From: Amphiscolops sp. MND2022
Lineage: Eukaryota
Length of the DNA: 64,000 nt
Direction of reading: 5' to 3'
NCBI GenBank assembly: GCA_964187785.1
Contig: OZ076409.1
Span: 44,146,001-44,210,000 of the forward strand
Part shown: one piece after another, positions 37,293 to 49,248 of the stretch
How positions within the stretch are numbered: the first letter of the stretch is position 1
Layout of the letters: the number at the start of each line of letters is the position of its first letter
Position numbers and translations under genes: made by a program
The notes under the pieces: model-generated
Told to the model about the DNA's origin: nothing
What the model saw: only the letters and a program-made list of their open reading frames with translations
Database searches by the model: none

Positions 37293-37374
37293 ACGATGAT
37301 GGTGCAGTGGTGATTTCAATATTCCCTCATCAGAAGGTCTGGAGTTCGAATCCCCAAAACACAAAATTTATTTT
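37293..37374 (+). ncRNA. Second tRNA-like Pol III unit in the BEL-1 3' internal region
   Basis: A box TGGTGCAGTGG at 37300-37310; CTCAT...GAAGGTC-TG-GAGTTCGAATCCC resembles the 3' half of tRNA-Met; TTTT at 37371. Confidence 0.45.
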
Positions 37375-37506
37375 GTCTTCATTAAACTCAAATTCATGAC
37401 ATTTACTATTTGTATTATTATCGAGTGGTAGCATATTCCTTCAAACTGTATTAGCACGAGTGCTAACCATATACTCAATGAAGCTGATACTTCATGGCCG
37501 GCGGGA

Positions 37507-38052
37507 TGTTGGCGCATGACATCACAATGATCGCGCAGTAATTATTAGTCCACTTAGCACAGTGGATCAGTCTTTGCCTTCGAACTGGTCTGCGCGAGTT
37601 CGAATCTGCGACAGTGCTCTTTTTTAGTTTCTTTGTGTATTTATTCTTTCACCTTTAATTTGATCAATCACTTTGCTTGTCAGCAATTACATTGCTCATT
37701 TGATGTACAATATTTACCACCCATTGCTCACTATTGTAAACGTTGTTTTTACATACATGTAAACAACCAGTTGAGACCTTTTTGTTGCCCCTTTGGCTTT
37801 AAATGCCTAATTTGCTGGTTAACAACCTGCTAACAACCAGTTCCCCACTATTGTCTCTAAACTCACTCATTCATATTCATACCGTTACCGTGATAAGAAA
37901 TCGTCAATAAACGTTATCAATCTTAGTCTTCTTGTTTGAGAACAAGACCTCAATCTTTAGCTTGAACTCTATCTTTGAGTTCCCTCAATCTATCTAGTTT
38001 GAACTCTATCTTTGAGTTTCTCCGTATTAGCTTGAGAGCTACCCCCAAAACA
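37507..38052 (+). repeat. BEL-1 3' LTR (546 bp)
   Basis: TGTTGG...AAAACA; AATAAA at 37906-37911. Confidence 0.95.
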
Positions 38053-39787
38053 GCAAAGTTAGATTGTAGTCAAGCCTATCATGTGCCTCAGATGGCTGAC
38101 CCGTTATCTGTCCAACTACTCTCTTTGAACTTCCTTTCACGAATCTTTGCGTACTTACGCCTTGCACAAGGCCTTAGTTGTTCAATAAGAGCTTTAAGTT
38201 CGTTTATGCGAAAGTATTTTGTCCCTGCCAAGTTGATGACCAGCCTCTCCAATATGGAGACGTTCCGGGCAACGCTGCCGCTACATTTGAACACATTGTG
38301 GAAAAACTGCATCCTGAAAAAACAGCTCTGAATTTCACGTCCTCCAAGTGTGAGTTTGGTCTTAAGGAAATGACTTTCCTTGGCAGCACCATCTCAACCG
38401 AAGGAATGTCTCCGAATAAGACGGAAGTCTCTGACTTCAATTCGACCCTCAAATTTCTGAAAACTCCAAAACGGTTACACGTTCCATGGGCTTCATCAAA
38501 TATTTTCTGTCTTTCAATCCGAAATTGTGGAAAAACTCCTTGCTTTTTAAACAACTCCTCAGAAACGACACGGAATTTAAAATCACGGACGAACATCATA
38601 AATGCAATGCTGCCATCAAGAAAGATTTGGAACCGTTTTTGAATGCGTAACCATTATCACTCGTTCGCTTCATCTTGAATGCGCAGCCTGTCTGCTTAAC
38701 GATAATCAAGGTTTTCCGAGTCCTAAGGGTGGCATTGTAGGTCCTGAAGGACCGACAAGTTTTCTCTTTTTCTGTTGAAAACCACTACCGTTTTTCGGCA
38801 CTGTGTGACGTCGTTCGAAAAAAACATCATTTAATCAAACGTAAGCCCTTAATTTCAAAAAAAATTATTGCCTAGGAAAAAGCGTTGGCGAACCCAATGG
38901 GTCTTCTTTTGGGTTTTTCGGGAGCATATAAAAAGATTTTGTCATTTTTTGGTTTCGAAGACTCTTAACGGTGTTAAGACTTAAATCGGCCAGTCACATT
39001 GTGCCGAAAAAAAAAACAAAAGATGGCCGTCTATGCTCGCAAAACGCTTTGTTTCTGCTATTGATCAAGAAGGCATTTCGGTTTTAAAAACTTAGTATAG
39101 TAGCGACAAAACCTCCGTGGTGTACCCTTTGGTCTCCCCTCTACTTTTGCAAGTTTGCAAGCATAGAAGAGTTTGGCTTAGTGAGAGACTCAAACCCACA
39201 CACTAATCTTGCAATGAGAGTATAGACACTTCAGAAAACCTTATGGAAATCTGTCACTTCGCTGCTCTTTAAAAAAAGCTATTAATAAAGTCAGTTCTTT
39301 TCGAAAAGCGCCCACTTAGAAACGACACTCGACGAGGTGAAATTCTTTTGGTTCCCGAACCAGCGCTCTATCCACTAGGTCATCTTGAAGGATCTTGGTT
39401 CGAACTCACGACGTTCTGGTTTTAAAGCATGGACTCTTATCACCGAATCATACGGCGGCTGCTGCAGGAGTGTCTTGCGGAAATTGAACAAAAAGTGGAC
39501 CATTCAATATCGTCATGTGACAAGAAAGAACAAGACGGGAACGTTTAAAGTCGGCGCAACTCCTGAAGCTCAAAAAGCGCATACTTTTGAAATACGACCC
39601 GGAAGGTGATATGCAAAACTCCAAAAATCGTTTCGAAACACCCCAAGGGTGCCTTTCGTGCCCGGTAAACGCCTCAGAAGTTCAGATATAGCGTGCTGGG
39701 ACAAATGGGGGCAATTGTCTCCGAATTTCCGCCTCCTCCTTAGTAAAAGGCTTTATAGTTCAGATTTAACGTCAAACATTTGGATAT

Positions 39788-41848
39788 TGTTACGACTTAT
39801 ACATGGGTCGTTGTTTTGAGTACTATTTATCCTGACGGATTTAGTGGGCGTGCAAAAACTTCTCGTTTCATTTTCAAGAGTTGTTTCATTTCTTCGTTAA
39901 CACATTCTCCTGTTTTAGGTTTCAACATTTTAGGAAGTTCCCTCTGGGTTTCGGCTAGCAGATTCTTGATTCCAGAGGGTATTTCCTCTTTCACCGATGC
40001 CCTTAGACTTTCCAAAGAACAGTTTTAAACCCTAGGAGACTTGGTCCGGGAAGAATCCGCTGCCAAAACGTCCTAAATCTACGGGATTTTCATTTTCGAC
40101 TACAATTGGAGATACCAAGCTTCCACTTACGTTTTCACTGCTCTCTTGGGGGATATTTTGTTTGGCTTCTTGTAAAAAATGTCTGAAGGAAACTTTTGAG
40201 TTTGAAACTTGAATTGAGTATTGTCAGAAAATTGTGCCTCTTTTTCAAAATTGGGCAATATAAATACCCTCCTAGCATCATATGTTCACAATGGCGTGCC
40301 TAATTTATCCTCAAACGATTAATTATTTCCTGTCTTTTCGAGATAAAATTGATTTGAGTCCCCACTTTTACATCGACATTTAGTCAAAATCTAGTCATGA
40401 AATCCTGATTCTGACATTAGTCATCACCCATGCTCATATCATTTCATACCGGCGTCCTTTTATTTCCTCCGGAGCAGAAAGTAGATTTTACTTCGATCTG
40501 TCAAACTGGAAATGCTTTCCTGTTTCACTGCTTCGGTTGGCTGGAAAATCGACGCAGAGATGCCGCGGACGTGAACAACTAATGCCTGATTTTGAAATTC
40601 AACTCGAAATTTATTATGACTAATCTCCAAAATGACGATTTGGAATGATACTAGGAAAAAAGTCATCGATATGGCTGATATTACAATTATTCCTCAACTT
40701 CAGCCTAACATCATAGTAAAATATTTAGGTGGACATCTGTACGACGTTAAGTGGGCGTGAAAACTATGAACACTAGACCCAAGGTAGGTTAACCCAAATA
40801 TTGGTTAGCCCAATATTAACCTGCAACGAAAGGAGAGATGTTGTACTTGTATAAGCAACGAGCATTGAACTACATCTGGCAGACAACGGGGCATAGCAAC
40901 TGTTAGCTTCAAAGTTTTTGTCAATATAGTATGAATCTGACGACGTCGTGCCAACGTCGATTTGATCAAATAGTGGTATACGTTGGGTATAAAAACAAAC
41001 GTACAAAAATATCTTCAAGATACAAAGATACACAAATAAGATTTGTTATAACAAAAAAATGTGGCTTTCATTTGCTAATTCACACAATGTCTTAGTCTAG
41101 AATACACTCATGAAAATCGTTCCTAATCCGTTGACATTCAATTTTAATATTTTACTCTGAGAGTTAGACGTTAGAACTATGATTCTTTGATTCATTTTTT
41201 ATCAGAAGACGTACTTGAAACGTACGGTTAAACTCGATTTTGCCACAGATTCATTGTCAAAGCGATATTTTCTCGGTCTCAATATTGATTGAAACGCTTA
41301 ACTTTATAAATAGTGGACGTAGCGTGGTAGCGTGGACGTAAACTTGATGCTCGATCTAACTAGCCGCAAACCCGTTGGCATTCAATTATTTGATTTTGCT
41401 GTGTGAGTTAGGCGTTAGAACGAGAACTCTCTTATTCAATTCTTAATAGGTGACTTACCTGAAACGAACGGTTAAACTCGATTTTGGCGGAATTTCGTTG
41501 TGAATAAGATATTTTCATGGGCTCAATATTAAATAAAACTCTCAATTGTATAAATAGTGGACGTAGCGTGGACGTAAATTTGATGCACGATCTAACTAGC
41601 TGCTGGAGTGGTCGTAGTGCTGAAGTAAAATCAGAACTAGACTTGGCTAGTCAGCTAAGGAGTGACGTCACTCGGTCGTAATTTGGAATTTACTGGTTAT
41701 GCTACCACGAGACTGTGACGTCATAGGCAAATAGTGAAATCAGTTAGCGTAATTATAATTGTTTACCTAACGACGTAATATCGTCGTACTTTGCACTAAC
41801 TGCCTTTCAAAGTGCAATTAGGTTGCTTCTCGCAGAATAGGCGTAATA
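39788..41848 (-). repeat. Candidate ~2.06-kb 3' LTR of Gypsy-2
   Basis: Left end firm by homology to the PBS-adjacent LTR end. Right end inferred from CGTAATA (6/7 inverse of TGTTACG) followed by a pyrimidine-rich tract at 41849-41866 (PPT-like on minus). Confidence 0.4.
41161..41600. repeat. Diverged tandem duplication, period ~244 bp, with conserved TATA module
   Basis: Shared blocks ACGGTTAAACTCGATTTTG, TATAAATAGTGGACGTAGCGTGG and CGATCTAACTAGC; TATAAATA at 41305 and 41549. Confidence 0.8.
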
Positions 41849-42029
41849 CTTTATTCTTTGATTTCTGATGTGATTTTCAATATAGATTAGGCTATCACTT
41901 CCGGAAATGCTGATTTTAGTTAGGATTTCAGGTGGAGAAAGGACCTGAACTTGACGTAGCCTAAATGACTTAGCGGAAATGTGTGAAATTGTTATATTCT
42001 GATCATTTTTGTGTTAGTTTCCATTTTAG

Positions 42030-42439
42030 GTCTTTTAGAATCTGGTTGCTGTTTTCCTTTCAAGTCACCGTTGATTTTCACTAAAGTAGTTTGCGAGTTC
42101 ATTAGTACCAACTTTTTGATTTTGATGATTACCCATGGCCCCTTCTGGAATTCATTGTTCTTTAATTACAACACAGACCTGGAGCGGGCATGGGTTTTGT
42201 CCAATTCTACAGTTTCGAAACTCACTAACTTTCAATTTCATGCAGTCAGATTCCAAGGATTCTAGTGACAGCTCGAAACATTCTTCCTCGGCAGCAGTCG
42301 CTTCCACTGACGAATGCGATATCTCAAATATTATTCTCGGGTTATCTGGCTATTCCTAGGCAGCAGCTCTCTTGATCTGCCCTTCTTCTTCGCTCGTCGA
42401 CGATATGTCGATCAGTTCGTATATGTGTACATTTTTCAT
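42030..42439 (-). pseudogene. Decayed acidic ORF of unknown function
   Basis: MKNVHIYELIDISSTSEEEGQIKRAAA*E*PDNPRIIFEISHSSVEATAAEEECFELSLESLESDC...; several in-frame stops. Confidence 0.35.
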
Positions 42440-42790
42440 TGTTTTCTTCTTTTAGCTGCTGTTTTTTGCGTTCGATTGTTTAACAATGAATTTAGGATTT
42501 TTCCAGGATTGACCGGATATGTTCCTTTTTTCGGACTGGTTAATATTCTCTTTTAGTCCGTTCTCAATCCTTGTGGTTGACGTTTTGCCGACGTCGCGTT
42601 TTTATTGGCCGCAGGATTGATTTATTCCTGATAGCCGCAAATTTCAGTTTTTTGCTGACGTCAATATTCGACAGCGTTCTGCTATCGTCAATTCTATTGA
42701 TTAATTCTTTCTTTCGATCACTGTCGACGTCATAGTGGCGTCGAATCAGTGTTGGGCTGTTTTAACCCTGTCTTTGTTTTCTCTTTGCAG

Positions 42791-45700
42791 AGTGCTGTTC
42801 AGAAATTGACTTCCCCTCGCCGAGTAGATCCTGGCATGCTGAGTGGCAACGAGACTCAGTTCTTTTCCGAGGCTGACGCACGCGAGAGTGACGCCGATCC
42901 TGCTAGCGTTCAACCTGCTGTTGGTAAGTTCATCGTTCCCCAATCCATTTAACTTTTGTGGATAAATCTTCTCTGCAAACAGGACTTTTTGCGTTTTGTA
43001 CTTCCACAACTTAGTTTTCTTGACGCGTCTTTATCCGGAATGTGTTTTCAGTGCCTGCCTGAGAGCTTTCTACAGCTTCTGTCAAACCTCTCGTTGTCCC
43101 TCTTGCTGTGACTGTAATTCCTGCTGTTCTTGTTCCCGACACGGGTGCGTCTGCTTCTGCAGTGACCGCTGCTTCAAAAGAAGATTCAGATGTACCTCTT
43201 TCTGAGTTTCTTCCAAGCCAGATCCTGTTTGTGTTGTCCCGACTCACGGAAGTGAGGTCATCTCCCCCCCCGCAAGATGGGGCTGTGGAGGAGCCTCAGA
43301 TGGGTACCCCTGTGATAGGAGCTGATGGGAGTTGAACCCAATCTCCCCGATTGACCCGGTTCTTGCCTGATTTTGCCAAGACATTCGGCAGGTTGAAGTC
43401 TTCCCAGACTCCAAATCAAGGTGAGTGGTTTCCCCTTGTGGTTATTGTTTTTGTTTTGAATTTTGTTATTGGCGTTGTGACTCCTTTAGTTACAGTAAGC
43501 GAGTATTGCTTAAACGTTTTGTTGTTGTTGTTGTTGTTGTAATGTATCGTCTGTTCATGTTTGCAGTAGCGTCACTCAATCCTGATGTGTCTGCTGAGAC
43601 GACGTCTTTTAGGTAAGCGGCGGCGTACCGTTAAACTGTAAACTGCTCCTCTATCTCAAGCTTCCTAAATTGAGTGTACTGACGAAGAAAGGGCAGGTAC
43701 TGTGGCTGCGGCGTATACCTCAGAGCAAGCTCCCTTATTCGGGGAGGTTGTTGCCTCCGAGTTTGAGACGCGGACAGTTGAACCTTTCGTTACAAGTTGG
43801 TATGCATTATTTGGTTTCTTTGTTATTTGGTTAGGTAGACATATTATGGCGGTGTGGCATCGGGTTGGGTCGCTAATTGTATTTTGAACCTAACTTTGGT
43901 ATTTCTGGTATTTCTTCAAAGAATTGGTGACGCGTCTAGAAGCAAGTCTTGAAAGTGCTAGTCCCTCACGTCGGCGAATACGGGCACAAAGTTCGTGGAA
44001 TCGACTCCGTCACGACATGGTTCAGGGCCACCCTGTGTTCGTGCTCTTTGTGAGTGGACCCAGTTCTGGGACGGACACCGCTTTTTTCTGCACTATCTTT
44101 CAGGGAGACATATCGATTGCGACCAAAGGGGTGCACGAGTTTGGACCTCACTTTTCAAGCGACAAGCATCTGCTGTTGGATGTTGCTCATCGTGTGCCTC
44201 GAGGATTGCTGGTTTACAACGAACTGTTGGATCCAATGGAGTTGAGCTATGCACAGACGCTCGATTTCTTGACCCGGCCATTTAGGGAGAAGCCTGAAGG
44301 CTTCAGTTTCCCTGAGGATTTGTTGCCGTCATGTACCCGAAAAACTCGAGTGTGCCTTTGATGACTATAGTGAACTGCCTGGCCGAGTTGCTCCGAAATG
44401 GTGGGAGCTACTTTCTGCTGCAAAAGCTGTGGGGCCATATCCGGGCGCTTCTGTGTTCAAAGAGTCCACTGTACAGTTTGACGTGGAGTCGTGAAGATTC
44501 TTTGGTAAGTTTGGTTATTTGTGTTGATCGTGTAATTTAACAGTAACGGTTTTTTTGTTTAGGTGTTTTTGGTGGCTTTCCATCCCATTCATTATTTGTG
44601 TATTTCAGTCGCTGCTGTGCCAAGCTCCGTTTTCGCGTGTCCTCCGTTTGTCCCTCGCATTGGTGAGTTCAAGTCTGACAGCATGGTTTTTGTGGATGAG
44701 TCTGATGGGAAGGAATACGTTGTGTGGACTTGGGACAAGAATACCTTGCTGGAAACACGTGTGGATGTGCAGACTCTCGGCAAGAGTGTTCCCTTGGCAG
44801 AATTGGATTCGATGGCTTGCGTTTTCGGCGGTTTTCCGGGCGGTCAATTGCCTTTGTCTGTGGAGGGGGGTAGTACCTCTTCGTTGCCGGTGCTAACCGA
44901 CAATCGTGAGGATGGTCACTATTTTATCCTGAGCCGCAATTTCTCCGAGGACGTGTTGCTCAATTTTTACCATCAAGCCCATCAGGAAGTGCTGGGAATA
45001 ATGGAAGTGATACTGTGATTGACTATTTGATGCTCCGAAAAAGAGGGGCCATTCAAGAGCCGTGGCTCTAAGATGCAACTTTTCTGCGTCGTTGGGTTGT
45101 CGTTTGTCATGTGTCCTTCAGTGATCATCGTGATACTGCTTTCGAAGTGATTACTATGTGAAACTCTGTGAGGGAGTCGTTCGTTAGAATGGCCCCCAAC
45201 ACATAAAGAATGAGGCAGATATGGTTAGTGCCATTGTTGCTTTGTTTCTTTCAATCGTTTTGTTTTTCCCTTGAAAGTTATGGGGCGGGTGTTGGGTCAA
45301 TTGGCGTACTGGTGTGAGGTTTTGTAGTGTGTTTTAGATACGGGGTACGGACAGTCCTGTGTATTGTGACAATAGAAACCGTTTGCCGCTAGGACTTCTC
45401 GTCCATGTGCTTGATCTTTGTAAATGGACGTCGTCTTGCTGTCGCATGTTGGTAGTTTGAGGTGGGTCTTGTATGGGCTTGTTGTTCAGATCGCTGCACC
45501 TTTAAGAGACGGCTGTCTGGACGTGTGGATTACAGCTTCCATTGTTATATGGAGACTTGCCAGTTTGCATACTGTTTACTGTCCCGTACACGTCAGTTAT
45601 CTGATTTGCCCGATATGTCCGATTGGAAGGCCTGTATGGACACCTCAAACACTGTTGTGTTTAAGACGATAGACACTGCTGATTTTTTGTTAAGTCATGA

Positions 45701-46614
45701 ATTTGGTCAGGAGCTGCTGCGTGGTACGTTATGTGAGATGCAGGAAATTTGGAATCAATTCAGAGAGTTCATGGACCGTTTGGTCGACGTCTTCCTGTAG
45801 TCTAACATTGTGTCTTCAGATTTCCTGCAAGGCATATATCCTTTCTGTCTTAAACTACTGTTTGAGGGCAATGACCGTTACATCTTCCGCATCTTCAGCA
45901 AATTAGTACGGGTCCTTGAGAATTGCGGTTTTGACCAGTGAAGAATTAATGTCCGGGGTTGAGGAAGTTGTAACTTTTGTTGTGGACACTCGGTTACGCC
46001 CTATTGCCTCCGAGAATAGTGCTGAAAGAAAAGCTGACGTGATGAGGAACCTCCTTGCGGAATATAGTTTTTTGTGGTTTTAATGTGGATTTTGCTTTGA
46101 ATGGTTGTGTTGTGTCTGCCTCTGTGATTTCGTCTTGTTTGCGGGTGCAGAGCTACGCTGTTCTCCGGATTTCAAGTTGGGTGCTTTTTTCTCGAATCAC
46201 ACTATGGACTGTGTTCACAATGCCATAGCTGGTGCTCGAGAGTTTATGTACGCTGATAATGGTTTTGATTCTTCGAGTCGTATATGTGGTGGTGATCGTG
46301 CTGCTTTTGTTCAACGTTATGTTGATTTACTTGACGCTCATATGTCACGACAGGAAACTGTGTCCTACCAGCGATTTCGAGTCGCCAATCAACGTGTGCC
46401 TAGCAATGTTTCTGGTGTTGGTAGCAGAACTTCACCCTCTGTGCCTTCCTGTGGTCGTACTGCGCGGGGCGGTTCAGCTGTTGTCGGGGGTAGTTCCTCA
46501 AAGACGTCTGCAAAACGGCAATCGCAGCAGTCGACCAGGTCCACAAGAAGTTTGGTTTTGCTGAACGATGTGAAGAAGAATCCAAAGAAAGGGTCAACCG
46601 GCGCTTCAAGTTGA
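42791..46614 (+). pseudogene. Decayed multi-exon gene with C2H2/BED-like finger, possibly hAT-transposase-derived
   Basis: Acceptors at 42790, 43051, 43566, 44608 and ~45338; donors GTAAGT 42924, GTGAGT 43421, GTAAGT 44505, GTTAGT ~45224. Peptides AFFCTIFQGDISIATKGVHEFGPHFSSDKH and MVFVDESDGKEYVVWTW; basic Ser-rich C-terminus. Stops and frameshifts throughout. Confidence 0.55.
43519..43540 (+). repeat. (GTT)n microsatellite
   Basis: About 7 units. Confidence 0.9.
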
Positions 46615-49248
46615 GTTGAAAGAAATGATAACTTGCTTGATTACCATGGTGAACTTGTTTTTGATTTAGTATTTGTTCATTTGTAGTCTGTTATTTTTTT
46701 CCTGTCCGTATGGCCAGTTGATTGTGTTGTGGCTTATCAAAAATATTAGTGGCTCCTTCGTCAGGTGGTATGGATTCAAGAGATAAGAAGGAATGAAGGG
46801 TCTTAGTATTCTCTTAATTGAAAACTCGTCAAATCGGTTCCGTCTGGACTCTTGATATTGTCTTTTTCTCAGTGAGTCGAAGTCATAGCGTCAAGTCGTC
46901 TGAAGTCACGATTATCGTTAGGTTTAGGATTAAGTTCGTATGAAAGGATTGTCTTATGTGATTTGTTTATTGGTATTGGTTTCTGTTTCTTCGACCGTTA
47001 GTGTGACCTTTGATGTTTCTCTGTCGAGTGCAATTTGCGTTGCTTGTTCTTTTAGCAATAGAACTTCTTCCTCTGTTTCGATTGTTTCTTCTGGTAGGAA
47101 GAAGAGTTGTTCTTGATCAGCTACGTAGATTGACCTGAATTGTTCCGATCGTAATATCTTCTCTCAGTTTGAGTTTAACATTTTCTTTCATGTTTAATTG
47201 TTTTCTTGGGAAAACATGTGCAGCTGTCCGTCCGGCGTCCCAGCAACTTGCATTATGTGAAAAATGAATTTTAGGACATATTCACACGCAATCCATAATG
47301 TGGGAAGAATTGCTTTCGTTTGTAAGAAACGTGTGACTGACTTTTTGTATATTGCTAGGAAGTCTTTGCAGTAGATTGACATTTTTAGTTGCGCTGGGGA
47401 GAACACTTTTGATCCAAAAGTTACTGGTGCAAAGGTCTTTTCTTGGACTTTAGCTTCTTCTCATCGTTTTCATCTATCATTAGGACGTACCCCGAGGCGC
47501 GGTGGTTGGCATCCGTCATTAGGATGTGTGGCTGTTCAGTGAATGACTGTCTGATGGCCGATCCGCACACTTCCGCTAGCGCTGCGCTGATAGCTTTTTA
47601 GTTGTTAAGAAATTCTTCTGTGATCTTGATTTGTTTGTCTGCTTCTAGGAGTTCGTAGAAACCAGAAATGTTTTTCTGATAGGCGCGAGATGTAAATGCA
47701 GTAGTAATCATCTGAGATGAGCACATTCATTTTCCGTAGGTCGACGAGTAGACGCAATTTGCCAATTGGTTTCCGATGTGCAAAAATCGGGCTTGCATAT
47801 TTTGAAAATGGTAGAGTTGTTATAATGCCGTAACGATGCATAAACGCTAGTTCTATTTTCTTTCAAGTTTATTGGTACAGGTAGGCTTTCGGTGTATACT
47901 GGACTTTCGTCCTTCGGAGTTAATTTTATTTTACGAAGCTGTTATTAATCCCGATGCCCAGTCGGTAGCGGGCGAAGATGTCCGTGTATTCGACTATTGT
48001 TTGTTCGAGTAGTTCCTTCTCTTTGCCTTCTATCTGGGACCCTTCCCATTGGAACATGTCGAGCAACATTTTCCTTGATTCTGCAGTTTTGGTTGGGTGT
48101 AATTCTTCTTTTTTGATGAGTTCACGAAATTCATTCAATATTCGTTGTTGTATTGGCGTATGTTTCTCCCCAATGCCTGAATTTTACGGTGCGGGAAACC
48201 AGAAACTTTCTTCGTTTTCGTCATCTCACTTGATTTCATGAGTTCGTTGACATAAATATGTGTATCATCAGGTTCTTGAAGTATTTTTAGGGCGGCGGCG
48301 GCAATGGGTCGCATCTGTTTCGTATTGTTTGGTTTGAGGATTTGGAGTTCCGGTACTTTGGTATGGTTTTCGATGGTATACGGAAATTCTGTCAGATTGG
48401 CCATTCTGATATTCATTTGTTTATTGTGTGCTGTTGCCATCGCTGGTGCAACCATTATGCTTGCCGTTTCGTCGAATTTTGGTTGTGGTTGTACGTCGTT
48501 GGTTGGTTCCTGTGACGTCGTTTGTGTTGGTTGTGGCGACTATTGCTTTGGAGGTCGTCGTTTGTTGAGGGGTTCGTATTTGATGCTCTTCGGATAGTAT
48601 TTGGAGCTGTTTGAGGTTACAATTCTTCATTTCATCTGTCATTGCTAACGTAATTCGGAAGTCAGGGAAGTTGATCGTTTCGTTAGCTGTGTCGATCACC
48701 GCCTGATGGTTCCTCATGAAGTTTAGGCCTATTATGCGAAAGGACGTTTTCGAGCGGATGACAAACGTGACCGTGAATATGTAGGTTCCAAATTTGAATT
48801 GGATGCCGCTATGGCAACGGGTTGTTCCAATTGGGCGTTTGCTTATTCGATCCTGAAAAGCGGTTGTGGATCTTTAGTTTGCTAATGACAAATATTCCTC
48901 AGTTCATTTTGATCATGTTGTAGTCTGACCACGACATTGCATCGATGAATGCTCCTGAGTCTACTAACCTATGCATGGTTATTTCACCAAGTTTGAGGGA
49001 CAGGTAGAGCATTCGTCTACGTTTTTTGAGTACATTTAAGGATTGTAGGGTATACAAGCGTCGCCATCTTTGTCAGTTATGTATTCTTTGATGGAATTCA
49101 ACGAGACGGGGAAATCATCTGGGAATATAGATTCTTTTGTTGTATTGGAGCCGTTAGTATCTTCCTTGGGTGGTTGAGACGTGAGTTGTTCGTTGTGGGC
49201 GTTTTCGGTTTGATCCACAGGAGGAGCCAATGGTTGTGCTTTGAAGGT

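Larger units (their letters stand above)
33045..38052 (+). mobile_element. BEL/Pao LTR retrotransposon 'BEL-1', young and integrase-less
   Basis: LTRs 33045-33577 (first 13 nt missing) and 37507-38052 (TG...CA), about 8 differences in 533 nt by eye. PBS 33579-33596; GGCCGGCGGGA before the 3' LTR; 1199-aa gag-pol ORF. Confidence 0.95.
24519..38640 (+). mobile_element. Gypsy-type LTR retrotransposon remnant(s) 'Gypsy-1' (gag-pro-RT), interrupted by Gypsy-3, a family B copy and BEL-1
   Basis: TGACA|TGGTGACAGG (LTR end plus PBS) at 24514-24528. Gag-like HLNLHLKRGASTFFDQL...LRSRYINDQRVQLQKL; Asn/Gln-rich gag tail ~30790-31235; protease-like TGAFSSA near 31365; RT pieces SSPIF|ALSKPSAKQRLSVDLRR, KLDCSQAYH...FAYLRLAQGL and SKCEFGLKEMTFLG. 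Many stops and frameshifts; may be two copies. Confidence 0.75.

Noticed and set aside
33073..37625. tRNA-like units as genuine tRNA genes (also weak A/B boxes near 6855, 22835, 24030, 39400 and 63700)
   Set aside because: Acceptor and anticodon stems do not pair properly; reported only as tRNA-derived Pol III-type units or SINE debris.
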